A stretch of 64,000 nucleotides of DNA from Rhynchobatus australiae. Its lineage: Eukaryota. Within the stretch, counting starts at the first letter, position 1. Each line of letters begins with the position of its first letter. The DNA is taken from contig JAUZTB010000002.1 of the NCBI GenBank assembly GCA_034780895.1, positions 43,714,854 through 43,778,853 on the forward strand, read 5' to 3'. The notes beneath the pieces were generated by a model. That model saw only the letters and a program-made list of their open reading frames with translations, was not told where the DNA came from and did not search any database. This document shows, one piece after another, positions 39,991-52,479 of this stretch. The position numbers were made by a program, and so were the translations under genes.

Positions 39991-42900
39991 TTATTTTTCT
40001 CACTTTTCATTGCTTAAACAAAAGAAACAAAAACAACTCATGGCCATGTAATATTCCGCATGCACCTCTTTAAGAGTTGTAACATGTGACCATCTGTTCA
40101 CCGTGTATATACTGTAAAATGTGAGTATTGAACAGAGTGGAGCTGGTTGCCTGTATGGGAGTTAAGCACACACCAGAAAAAGTATGCATTGTCTCCAAGT
40201 TCCTTTGTTTAATAAAATACTTCATTAGTTTAATTTACTGTCTATCCTTTAGCATCTTAGAAAGTGATACTGATACGGGGTTATCTTAGTTTAAGGCCAA
40301 ATATTAGGAAAAGGGTAATGAGAGGTCCGTTTCTGTGCCATATGATTCTATAGTAAAATAAATGTTAATGGTTATAAATGTAAATATTATAATACAAAGC
40401 TTTATCGCTGCATGCTGAGAGCTTATCTGTTATTGTTCTGTTCATGAAAAGGAAGTTCACAATATTGCGGGCACAGTAGCAAATTAATTTTTCTGCAGTT
40501 TAACCTTGATGTTTTTGATTAGTGGGTATTTAGTAAGGATGGGATGGTAAATGAGGTAATGTTAGTTCCCATCACTGATGAGGATCGTTTCTTGAATTCA
40601 TTATTTTATAACAATTACTACAAGCCAGTGCGTATTTCAGTTCTCACATTGAATAATAATAATTGATCAAACTGAGCAAAAATAAAATCAGGCAGGCATG
40701 AGATATCACTTTAAAAACAAGCTTGGGTCAACACCTTATCAAAAATAAGAAGGGAAACAGTAACTATTGAGAGTGAACAAGGTAAAGGAGGCAGACTGAA
40801 ATACCATCAGAGAGAGGAGCAGGACTTCTTCAGGGGAGAGCCTTCCTGAAAGTCTCAAATGGATGCTAAGGATGGCAGGCAAAAACTGAGAAGTGAGAAT
40901 GGGCTGGATTAATCAAATAACATAATTAATCAAGTAATAAGTAATCAAATATAAAAAACTCTTATCTCCAACATCCTTTGGTTTTATTTCAGATTCATGG
41001 CATCTGGATTTTCTTATTTCTATAAAGTGGTTACCGCTCAAAAAAATTGAGTTTTGTAAAATGTTGCAAGCTTCTGTCTCAAAAGTATTTTCAGTCTATA
41101 AATCCGGTTATGTTCTGTTTTTGAAAATCAGACCTAATCCATGTTCTAGTTGATACATAAAATCCATGCAAATTTAAGTAATCATCCGTTACCAGTGAAG
41201 ACTGAAGATACAGAGAAAAAAATGAAGTGGAATGGGCAGTAGTATTAACATATTACAATTAATCAAATACAATACATCATTATATAATAATAAGCTCTTA
41301 TAGACTCTAAGATTATTTTATTTTATGAAATAGGGGTTGTGTAAATTGTTAATTCATTTTTACAACATTATTAATTGCTTTGCAAGAGATTTCTAAGTTT
41401 TGCATTGTAAGTATTGAATATTTTTCTAGTGTGCAATCAACAATTAAGTGCAGACTTTAAAGAAATACAATAGTCTGGGTGTAATTAATCAGTAAACTAT
41501 AATAATTTGTTCAGCTACATTTTGTTTTAAGCACTATAGCTATACAAAGCATTCCTGTAGTTACTAGATAGAGGGGCATCATCTGTTATCATGCCAATGG
41601 TTGAAATGAATCAAACAAAGAATACCATTCTAAATATGGAACTTGTGTGTTGAAATAACCACAGTTTAAAAAAAGGGTCAGATTAAATACCAGAACAAAG
41701 GGAATCATGGATTCCCCAGCTAAAATAGCTGTAAAGTTGCACAAGATGCAAGAAGCATTTGGAGATCCAGGCCAAGATAAGAAGTCAATGGTCAGCTGTG
41801 GGTTCCTGGTGCCGACCCCAACCCAGGGGAGTAGGGCATCACCCGATCTGACAGGCTGTGCATAGTGGATGAGGTTGAAAATAATTCTGAATGTGGCACT
41901 AACATTTTTTATTCAGGACCCTAATTTTTCTTGGTCCCTCCAAAAAAAAAGTCTTAAAGGACAGCTGGTTAGGCTACTTGCTATCTGGAAGAAATAGGTT
42001 TTCATCCTTGACACAGACTCACTCATTTGCGCTCTGCTTCCAACAAAAAAAATCAAATATACATTTCAGAAGTATTGCTGTTTGTTTATTTATCAAAACA
42101 GTTAGTCCTGAGATTCCCAACCTCTCCCAAACTCTACTCATTGCAATGACCCACAATTTTCAAAATAACGTGGTTTGTTTTCCTGGGGTAGAAAAAAAGG
42201 TACCTGGTAGTTGAACATCATTAGCACATCAGCACATAAAATGTGGCAGAGATTATTTGCAGTTTAAAACAAAGCAGGAAATGGAAAAAAAATCACAAAT
42301 TTCACATATTTGAAGCTTTTTTTTAAAAGAGCAAACAAATGTTCTGCCACATACTCTTCCTCCGTGTAAAAAAACAGTGCATTTAAATAATTTCCTATGC
42401 CTAATAGGTTATACAAGATTGCATTTTATTAGTTGCAACCAATACATCTCAATAAACCTCAAATGCTTTTACAAAAGCACAAGTAGGAATATTATAGCAA
42501 TATTGTGTTTCTTTCTCTGTTTTAGTTTCAAGATTTGCAAGTGCTTTTGAATAACAGTATGTCATCACATTTCCAGCAACTCATTCGTCTCCGGATGGAG
42601 CTCATTCCTGTTGTTTATTTAGAGTGTTTTGAGCCATCATAGATCAAGTACTTTGCTCACGGTTACATCCTTTACAAAAGCTATTCCAATAGTTAAAATT
42701 AATGATGCTACACAAAACTACTTTTGAGAAATTCACGAAGCTGGGAAAGTGTTGCTGTTTATTGAATAGTTGAAGTGGCATAAACCGTTTCAGCAACAAT
42801 AAGATAAATGGATCTTACTGACACACTTATCCAACCAAACTACGTTCAATAATGCTGAAAACGAGAGTCGCGATGAAACTTACCTTCAGGGTTTCTCAGG

Positions 42901-43742
42901 TCTATCCTAAAAACATCTGAAATGGCAATAGGACACCTGGTTTTTTTTTTTAATTCCTAAAACATATTTAGCAAATTATATACTTTTAGACATATTTGTC
43001 CAGAAATCCAGTCCTGGCAGGTACTGTAGTCATATTAATACCTTCTACTTAGCCTCCAAAGTTCATTCTATTAACTTCAATGGGGTGTGTTTTGATGCTA
43101 CCAGATAGCATATTTAGTGGTACCTTGTTCTAGATAATTATATCAACTTCAAATAAACTATAAATAACTTTTTATGGTACATGCAGTGGAAGAAATCTTA
43201 AGAAGCACAACCAGAGGAAAATCTTCGGTGTCAGGTGAAATTTTATTTTGCAGGTCCTGTAGAGTACTTCTATCTTACTTTTCCATTCATAGGCTATGTG
43301 CAAATATCCTGTTGTGTTCAAGTTGGGCACCCAATTTAGGTTCAAAACTTGAGGCTTCTTTTTAAAAATGCATCTGTCCCTTTGATTCTTAATCAAAGCT
43401 TCTCCCCCAGAAATTCACATGTACCTCAGAATTACACTCAACTTAGCTAAGTCCTCATTGCAACAAGCTTAAATATGTTTATGGCTCATTCAACTAAATT
43501 GTTGTTTAAAGTCACAGGCCCGAGTTTTCTCTGAAAAATCAGCTTCACCTGAATCAATTAAAAGGATCCTTTTCAGCTGTACAATGAAGAAAAAAAAATC
43601 GCCAAATTGTCTTCCTGTAGTTTCAAGCAGGGAAATCTTCTCCTTATTCTTCTGTCATGTCACTGTTACCACAGGACCACTAAGGACATTTCCCAGAGAT
43701 GAAACGGGAAATGAAGAAAAAGGCAATGAGTCGCTCAGTACA

Positions 43743-44112
43743 AGGCCAGCGTGGTGGCACAGTGATTCATACCACTGCCTTACAGCTCCAGTCACCAGGG
43801 TTCAATCCTTAGATAATGTTTCTCTGGAATTTGCATGCTCTCCCCATGCCTGTGCAAGTTTTTGAAAGAAACTATGGTTTTCTCTCATACCCCAAAGAGA
43901 TGTTGGTAGGTTTATTGGTTCCTGCATATTAGTTGTTGTAAATTAGCCCTTAGTGTAGCTAAGTGACAAAAGAATCAAAAGGGAGTTGATGCTCAGGTAC
44001 CAGAATAAGTTGCACTGGGCAAGGGAAGGAGAGGGGGAAGTGGACTGATGGGATTGCTCGGCTTAAAGCAGACATGGACCTGATGGGCTGAATGGCCTTC
44101 TTCTGTGCTGTC
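43743..44112 (+). mobile_element. tRNA-derived V-SINE (HE1-like) with CR1-like tail
   Basis: A-box-like gtggcacagtg, B-box-like gggttcaatcc, V-domain-like tttgcatg.tctcccc...cccaaaga, tail gggctgaatggccttcttctgtgctgt. Confidence 0.75.
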
Positions 44113-45124
44113 ATAATCATAAGTAAACAAGGCCATGGCTTGGGAGGACAATATCCAGGAGGTGCCATTCCACTACAGACTCATGTCCAAATGCTCCTCC
44201 TCAGTGACAGCTCAGTTTCTCTGTCCCAACTGCTAGATACTGGCAATCTTTCCAGTTTCCTCTCAGTCCTGATATAGGTCTCAGCCTGAAATATCCACTT
44301 ACACCTTTTGCCTCCCTGGATACTGGCTGACCTGCTGCATTTGTCCGGTGTTCTATTTCAATCAGTTGCTGAAGCAACTCCTGTAGTTGCTTATTGTTTA
44401 AGGTCCTGCTGCCATCCATTCTACTGCTGGGCTTTGGTCCCTTGCAGCCATACTCACAAAGCCATTTCACTGCCCCAAACCTGTTTTGTCACATGCTCAT
44501 TCTTCTACTGCACTTATCCCCTGGGTTTGGGCAGCCCTGTTGAATCACACACACTTCCCTTGGTTTTACAGAGGCAATGGAGTCAGTGTCGTACAGCAAA
44601 CAAGCAAACTCCTCAGCCCACTCCATTCTGCCGATCTTTTTGCCCATCTACACCAATTCCATTTATCAGTATTAGAAGCGTAAATTTTAGTGAAAGCCAT
44701 TAGACTTAATTGGACTCAGGTACTATTAAATAGAATCCAGAGAATTAATTAATTAAATGACACAAAGCAAAGTACATTAAATGCAGCTTCTAAATTTAGT
44801 AATTCAATTCTCTGTCCTAGCTGAATGGAGGAAACAGTGAAATAAAGCATGCTTTTGGCTGAATCAATGAATTACTTACATGCTGGAGAGTAAATGAAAT
44901 CTACAGAAATAAAAGTGCCTAGGCAGAATTAAGGAAAGTGTTTACTAATTATGAATTGATGGCACAACGGAATCCTGAGAATAACTAAACATGCCAATAA
45001 GTGAATGCAATTCATTAAATACAGTTAGTGATGTGTGATCCACATGATTCACCTTGGATTACTAATTATCCCAAGAATTACCATTCAAAAAGTGTGGTGA
45101 TATGGATCAAATTAAAATTAAAAA

Positions 45125-45270
45125 AAAACCTGCAGATGCTGGAAATGTAAAATAAAAACCAAAGATGCTGATAACACTCAGATGGTCAGACAGCATCTAT
45201 GGAATGAGAAACAGTGTTAATGTTTCAGGTCTGAGACCTTTTGTTAGAACTGGGAAAGAGAAAAAACATG
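45125..45270 (-). mobile_element. Penelope pseudo-LTR fragment
   Basis: ctgcagatgctggaaat...cagcatct...gttaatgtttcaggtc..agacc....agaactggg; same family as 17452 and 56340. Confidence 0.7.
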
Positions 45271-45876
45271 TCAATTTTTAAAATTGCATTAGATCATGGA
45301 GGAGGGAAGATGGGTTAAAAAGCAATCATTTCTGACAGCCTGGATAATTGCTTAAAGATCAAATAAAAAGATTATTAGTAAAAATGTAGCAATTAAGTGC
45401 AATGCTTCATCTGGTGATTAAGTGTCCTTTTAGTGGAGTACCTGTACTTTCCATCAGCAATATCAAAATGAACAGTTTATGTTCATTTATAGTTCTTCAG
45501 GATAAAATGCATATAGTAGATATTCATCTGAAGTTCACCCAGTGTGACAGAATGACTTGCTGTTAAGCAAAATGTTTTAAAATGAGAGAAATGAATGCTT
45601 CCTCTATTTCTTCACTGCAGCATCTTATAATTTGCTATCTTACTAGTCTTTGTTAATACTCAGCTACTGTCTGTGGATTGCAAATGAATCAACTCAGTTC
45701 ATGTTTTGTTTTTTTTAAATAAAAAGGACTTTTTTTTAAACAAAGTATTAATGTGCAATTTTCACATCCTGGAGGTCCACGAGGAAGCTGTTCAAATGTG
45801 TAAACACAATTTTCATTGCACATTCATAAGATTTATCCAGCATTCACATTAGTCAAGGACAGAATGCAAGTTTTCG

Positions 45877-45882
45877 TTTATT
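45877..45882 (-). promoter_or_regulatory. Candidate MCM9 polyadenylation signal (AATAAA)
   Basis: First AATAAA I noted on the minus strand, about 185 nt after the stop codon. Not confirmed. Confidence 0.35.
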
Positions 45883-46065
45883 AGTCTCTCCTGGTATCAG
45901 ATGAGATTCTTTATGATAGAATCTACTGTTTTTAAAGCCAGCAGTTTACAAAATTATGTTTTACATGGGGTGTGACACAGCTATTTGTCCATAGTGCTGC
46001 ATAGATTGATCACAAAGTCCAAAAACTACATGTTTTTAAAAATATTGCAAATGCACCTGCACCAA

Positions 46066-47560
46066 TTAAGTTTTGTTTTTTTTCCTTTCTTCTTCATCCC
46101 AGTCAAAATCCAGAACACAATCATCTTCCATTTCATCAGTAGAAAAGAGGTACCTACTCATTATGGCTCCTGTAGTGCCGGTTGATGGAAATCCAAAGGT
46201 CTTCCTTTTCCTGGACAGCACCCCAGACTCAGCAACATCATTCTGCATCACACTATTCTGCTTCGCAACAGATACTTCATTTCCACCTGTGGTCTTTTCA
46301 TTTTTCTTGTCAGAAGGTGGACTGAAAGAGAAACTAGCAAGCTTTGCTAATGTACTGGAGGACACCTTTACCTGGCCTGCCATAGCCAAACTTTGGCTGG
46401 TCTGTTCCCCTGTATTCAACTCTGTGGGAAATGGATGTTTAGGTTTATCCCGTGTCACCTTTTGCACCTTTCCCATGTGTGCAGTACTAAGACGCTTCTG
46501 CAGTTCAAATGATGGCTCTGTTCCACTGCAATTGGGAACAACTTTACTTGCTTTTTTATGCAAGGGACTACTTTTAGAATTACAACCAAGCAATGTTTGG
46601 AGATTTTCTGTATGATCACTGGCTTGGGGTGGCTGCTCAGAAGCACATGTCAATTCCTCAACTTCAGTTGAGTCAGAGAACAGGATCAATGGTTCAGAGG
46701 TAGAATTATCTGCAGCTGAATGGCTTAGTTTTTGCTTTGGCTTAAACGCAAATGTTTTCAGTTTGGTCAGTAGACTGTTAGAATTCCCATTGGTCTCAGT
46801 CTCTAGCAGAATGGCATCACTGCCCTGTAAAGTATGCTTTGTTCCAAGTGGTTTTATTGTCTTATTTGCTTCATGCTGGAGTCTAGGTGAAGCACTTTGT
46901 CCTGAATTACCACCATCTGAACTAGAGTCATCCAGGTTCAGAAGTGCACTGGTTTCACCTGATTCAGATAAATGATTTTCGCTGAAAGTTTTGTTATTTT
47001 TGAACAACATTCCGCTCTGTGAAACCCGGGAAGCTTGTAGCTTTTTTGACACCCGAACAGTTATAGCAGTGTTAGGTGTGTTTGAAGAAGCACTGACTTC
47101 AACATTTGTCTGTCTTTTTGAGTAATCTGTGTCAGGTGTTTTCTCAGTTTCTGAATTCTCAATGGCTAGGCCAGCAGGTTTCATGTTATTTGGACCACAA
47201 GAGCCTATGGGCGGTGAAACCTTGTTAGAATTGCTAGTTGCTGATTCATCATCTGTACTTTTTATTGGCTGTGGGCTGGTATTTAATTCAGAAAAAGGAT
47301 GCTGGCAAAAATTCTCTTCTGTTACTTTAAGAGTGCAGGATTCAGCTGGTACAATTCCCTCTCCTTCTGGCTCCCTTCCATGGTTTTTGCTTTGAAAGTC
47401 AACAAACCAGGTCAGATCACTGTCAGTTTGATCAACGGCCTGAACAATGGGATTTAGTTCATCAGTGTTTGAATAAGGAGCAGGATCAGAAAATGGATCA
47501 TATTGGTTTCTTGAGTTTGTACTTCCATTAGATGGCTGGTGTTCTTTTCCATTATGAATT
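46066..47560 (-). CDS. MCM9: MCM9 last coding exon (1495 nt to TAA); long, low-complexity C-terminal extension
   Basis: tttttaaaag| acceptor at 47561-47562 gives a phase-2 junction into the 514-aa ORF. Conserved islands DLTWF, KLKTFAFKPK, TLAKLASFSFSPP, RKRKTF and terminal DFDWDEEERKK match the MCM9 C-terminus. Confidence 0.92.
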
Positions 47561-48688
47561 CTTTTAAAAATACAAATTGAATTGTTATGGAATATACTGC
47601 AAAATGTCATAATCCTAAGAAATTAATTTTAAATCAAAACCTAGAACTCTCCTCTCTAAGTACCCACTAAACATGATGTAGTCTAGGTTCATCTCTTTGA
47701 TAAGTTCTCAGTTTTTAAAAGCTCTCATGCGTTATAGACTTTTTTTCTTTCTGCTAGCCTTCTCCTTATAGATATGATGAAATATTTAAATCAATATGAA
47801 AGACCAAACACAACTTTCAGCTATGGTAAAAAAAGGAGATGGAAAAAAATAAGCAGATGGGGTCTATTCCTCAATTTAAGAAAAATGAAACAGGATTAGC
47901 GTTAAGTGCGTGCTTGATGGTTGCTGTGGACACAGTGGGCTGATGGGCTTTCCGTGCTGTGTGACTATCACAGAGAACAACTCCTTCTGCATTGAATTCT
48001 GCAAAATCTTTGCTCAGATTTCATAATAGATACCCAGTATTTACGGCACACTTTCCCAAATGGAAAGCTTTATTTCGTCCAATCACACACTGACCCACTG
48101 GGCATAGTACAGTCTGCCGATAATAACGCATTTGAGTAATTTAAATGAACACCCTCATATAGATATAGAAAATTCCCTGGTCAGCAGCGGTCACTTCGCA
48201 ATGCATCTCAAAGCTTCATTTCATTTTCAATATCTCAGTGCAGATTCGATTTTTGCATCTCCCCTTCAATGAGGTAACCATTGCCAATGCATCTGGCCAA
48301 TCAACAGTGTTGTTAGCATTGGCCAATTGCTTAAATCAGTGAAATGAGCAGGCAAGACAAAGCTGCAAAGCTACCTACAGTACAAATAGCAAGTAGGAGG
48401 TTAAGTGCACATTATGATCACCACTGCTGCTTTCATGGCTTATATACATCTATGATCTTAATATTTCCTTTTCACGGTAGTTTCAATTTTCATTGCAATA
48501 TTTTTATAATGTTTAGCAACACCAAAACCATCAGTAATAAAGCCATTTATCTAAATAACCATGCACCCTCTTCTGATAAAGGTGTAGTGTTTTTAACAGA
48601 AATTGTCAAATTTATTATTCTGCAAGTATAGTTATAGTAAAACTTTGTAATGTTTCCCAATCTCCAGTGAGCTAGTATGACTTTTTAC

Positions 48689-48834
48689 CTGTCAAGCCTC
48701 TGCAGTTCTTGATGGAGAAGATCAGTTAGGCCCAGTCTTTCCAGCAGCAGTTCACACTGCATTTTGTATTGTTCTTTTGTGTTTTCTGGGAAGGACGTGT
48801 GTAATGCATTCACACCACCAAGAAGAGCACCTCC
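48689..48834 (-). CDS. MCM9: MCM9 penultimate coding exon (146 nt; [49 protein letters not shown])
   Basis: ttccag| acceptor, |gtaaaa donor, MCM9-specific ALHTSFPEN motif. Confidence 0.95.
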
Positions 48835-49171
48835 CTGGAAGTGACAAAAATAAGTTATATAAAGTCACGAAAAAGACCAATCAATCCTTCAAACATAGTC
48901 CAATATTGTTTAAATCTATTATGATGCAGTATACCAAAACATCACTGCGATAATCCAACATTGTGTCAATTGTTTGTGCATGTTAAAAATTGGTTCAGCT
49001 ATAAATTACTAAAGATACAAATGGAAAATATTTCCTCTGGACTCAACTGAAATCAAGCTCTTTATTTGTATCTCCAGTATTGGTGTGCTAAACTTCCAAC
49101 TTCAGTGACTCACAAGAGATGCCCGTTTTGATTCTCATTTCTACAGAAAATATTTTAAAAAAAATACATAC

Positions 49172-49254
49172 CTGCATGGATGATTCCATTACAGAGATCA
49201 CTGTGATGGCATCTTCAACAGTTACTTTATCCCTAAACATCAGTCTTGCATGAG
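49172..49254 (-). CDS. MCM9: MCM9 coding exon (83 nt; [28 protein letters not shown])
   Basis: gtttag| acceptor and |gtatgt donor. Continues the frame from the previous exon. Confidence 0.95.
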
Positions 49255-50491
49255 CTAAACAACAAATTTTAAAAAATCATCAGTAAATAGAAAACAGATA
49301 ACCAAACCTGTTGCCGCACCCAAATATAACAGTAGACAGTTGCGAGCTGCAGATGAAGTCAGGGGAGATTGCATCTCTCTACTGTCCTTATACAGTCAAA
49401 CCTATAAGGAACATCTGAGTGCACAGAGAAAAATCTTACTTCATTATTGTTTTGAATTTAAAAATAGCCTTTAAGGCATTTGTCATCTTTATTTTTGCAG
49501 CCTACTAGTTTGCAATTTATTTTGCTATATTAAAACAACTTACCAAACATTTAACCCATCTGAAAAAAACATGAGAACCCCTGAACCTCAGTCCCATCAA
49601 TCCTGTGGAAGCTTTGGGAAATGCACAAAAGATGAAGTCAAGTGAAGACATTTATTCCACTATGAAGCAATCCAACTAACCAGTACTCAATTCAACAGCT
49701 TAAACATCCCTTTCCTCTACCACCTATGTATTATGGCCGAAGTGTATATTACCTCAGGATGTCATGGCAATTAAACTACAGATGAAAATCAAGAAAAAAA
49801 AAATTATTGTAGTACAAAGGGTGAAAGACCTCAAACATTAAAGCTGTTTCTGCTTCCACTGCCTGACCTGCTGAGTGATTACTACTGCCTGATGGACCAT
49901 GAGGATTGTGCCTAGAGTGCAGGCATTTGGAGGCTGCATGGTCATTCAAAGACAAACTTAGCAAGTGCCTCCCAGCAATGTCATTCTTCCACAGACTATG
50001 TCCTTCACCACCTGCCTAGGTTCTTGTGGAAGCACACCCCACCCATTATTCCACAATCCATTTATTTAGTAGCAACACTTTCAACAGATGGCTGCGTAAA
50101 TTGTCATATGTCCTTTTAGGAACTTCTTGCTAAGATCACACTGGTTGTGCTTCTTGCGATGAAGAATGTGATCTTGCAACAGATCAGTAGGGAACACAAT
50201 GCTGAAATCAAGAACATCAGTTTCAGCACAGAAAAACCCAACTTCATATTTCTTAGAACTTCACAATGGAACTTTTCACTCTTTCTGCCATATTTACAGA
50301 TAACCTTTGGATTATCTATGATACTTTTCTAATGTCAAAACAATAGTGTGGAACAATTTCGAGGGCCAGTGCTTTTTATACTGAGGAACACTTGATGTAC
50401 ATCATAGCCATCTCAATGTTCAATTCCTGGAGTTTTATTTATGTTATCTATAATAACCATTTTGATCATTAAAAATCCAAAAAACACTTAC

Positions 50492-50695
50492 CTTCGGCTA
50501 AACGAACCAAGCTCTCAAGCATGCGTATTGTGGTTCTTGCTGCATTTCTGAACCCACTTTGACGCTGCACTTGGTAATATTTCACAAGGATTTTATTTGC
50601 TTCTTCGGAAATCTTAGGTTGCAAAGTTTTGATAAGACAGAAGTAGGTTTTCATCTTCTCCATGCTCCACAATTTGAGGGAGACAGTTGGGCAGG
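50492..50695 (-). CDS. MCM9: MCM9 coding exon (204 nt; [23 protein letters not shown]...[19 protein letters not shown]), AAA lid / sensor 2
   Basis: atttag| acceptor, |gtaagt donor, T.R.LESL.RLAE motif. Confidence 0.96.
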
Positions 50696-50860
50696 CTAAA
50701 TAGGTTTAGGAAAGGATAAATTGTTCTATAATTAAAAGAACATTCTAACATGCAACCTGCAAACATTTGATAAGATTATTAAAATATCCCTGTAAGCTTA
50801 TCAGATAAAGTAAAGTTCACAAAAAGAAAACAAAAATGTTTTTTGATCTTTAATACAGAC

Positions 50861-51063
50861 CTTTATTTTCCAGAATAAAAGAAGCAATGACTTTATCCCA
50901 TTCTTCATTTTTGGTGTCCAGGAGCACCAAAACAAGGTCAAATCTGCTCAGAAGTGGGCTAGCAAGAGCTGTATTTACAGTGATAGATTCATTGGGATCA
51001 TACTGGCCTTTTGGATTAGTAGCTGCCAGTACAGTGGTCCTTGTGTTCAGCTTGCACACTAGA
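50861..51063 (-). CDS. MCM9: MCM9 coding exon (203 nt) with sensor 1 and arginine finger ([19 protein letters not shown]...LLSRFDL...ENK)
   Basis: gtttag| acceptor, |gtctgt donor, AATNP and SRFD motifs. Confidence 0.97.
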
Positions 51064-52274
51064 CTAAACATAGAAAGATAATCAGTATAACATAGAAAGA
51101 TAATATATAACCAATGTTTTATAATAGAATATTGAATGGGAAAAACATCAATGGTAATTTTTACCCACATCCAGCACTTTTGTATTAAAAGTAGTTACAA
51201 TGGCAGCAGCAAGCTTTTACTCATCTAATACCTCATGTAGAAACAATAGCCTGCAATCTCCTCAAAAACATTGTTAAGTTTTGCATAGAACTGTTAACAT
51301 TTACTTTTGTAACTGTGAAGAAATATATTCCAGTGCAACAGTGTACAAAGGGGCAAGTTCCAGACTTCTTTGCATTTAGACTACAATTGAACATTTTTCT
51401 CCTATGGATTGGAGCACCAATTGCCTCCAATTTCTCAGCTGTTATTTTAGGTAACTAACATTTATTTTTGATTTAATTAAATTAATATACAGGCAACCAC
51501 TGCACTGAGGGGGCTCGTGTTCCTGGAAAACAGCCCATACCGCAATTGTTCGTAATGTGAAGCTGCGGCATCTGCACATGCATCAAGAAACACAAGTTGA
51601 AAAAAATTTTAAATTGTATTATTTTATATATATTTTTCACATAAATTCCAAGAGAGTAAATTTTATTCCTATCAAGTTTTTGGGTAGTGATTTGTGAATT
51701 CTGTAAGGGTGAACTTTCATTACTCAAATGGTTATAATTGCAGGAGTCACTTATATATGTGTTTTCTAAAGTTTTTTTTAAAAATAGTATGCCTAATGTT
51801 TAATTTTTTTTAATGTCAAGCAGTCATCACCACAAAGTATGATCTAACATCATTGTACTCTACACTGAAGATAGGTGAATCACTTGGCAGCAAACACCAA
51901 TGGGGAAATTATTTTAACAGCACTTCATTTTGCAAGTTAATCAAGCCATCAGCAACGAATGAACTGTGTGTAACGATAAATTATTTTAGAATTCCTAGAA
52001 TTCTGTACTGGTTCCACCTTTTAATACCAGTTCATTTAGGATATTTGGATCAAACACTGATATTACAATTGCTATTGATTGATATATTACTGTTATTTGA
52101 CTTGTTCCTCAGGTAACCACAGAGGGTTTGTTGCTGAAATAAAGATAATAATTTGTTTTTGCTGTCAGGAAGACTGAATGCACAGATGTTTTAAAATTTA
52201 GGAGACCAACCAGAAATTAGGCATCAAACATTGTTCTTTGCAGAAAACAACTTCAAAAGATGAGGAAAACTTAC

Positions 52275-52449
52275 CCTGCCTTTGCCACACTTATAGTCTG
52301 TTGTTCCATTGCCTCATGGATGCTACTTTTATCATGCTCTTTAATACTGTTAAACTCATCAATACAGCAAAGACCTCCATCTGCCAGAACCAGTGCTCCT
52401 GCCTCCAAATTCCATTCACCAGAGTCCTTTACTGCTGTCACAGTCAGAC
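52275..52449 (-). CDS. MCM9: MCM9 coding exon (175 nt) with Walker B ([59 protein letters not shown])
   Basis: ttgcag| acceptor, |gtaagt donor, MCM signature IDEF and HEAMEQQ. Confidence 0.97.
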
Positions 52450-52479
52450 CTGCAATAGAAGGAGGAAATTTGCTGCAGT

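Noticed and set aside
1-45800. CEP85L, PLN or ASF1A coding exons expected from recalled synteny
   Set aside because: No recognisable peptide from these genes was found in the ORF track or by eye. Small exons could have been missed or could lie in gaps.
46073-46615. 180-aa plus-strand ORF (also 46763-46975 and 47129-47395)
   Set aside because: Antisense shadows of the MCM9 last exon.
47561-47610. ATG-initiated N-terminus of the 514-aa ORF
   Set aside because: Intronic. The exon begins at the AG acceptor at 47561-47562 in the phase required by the upstream exon.
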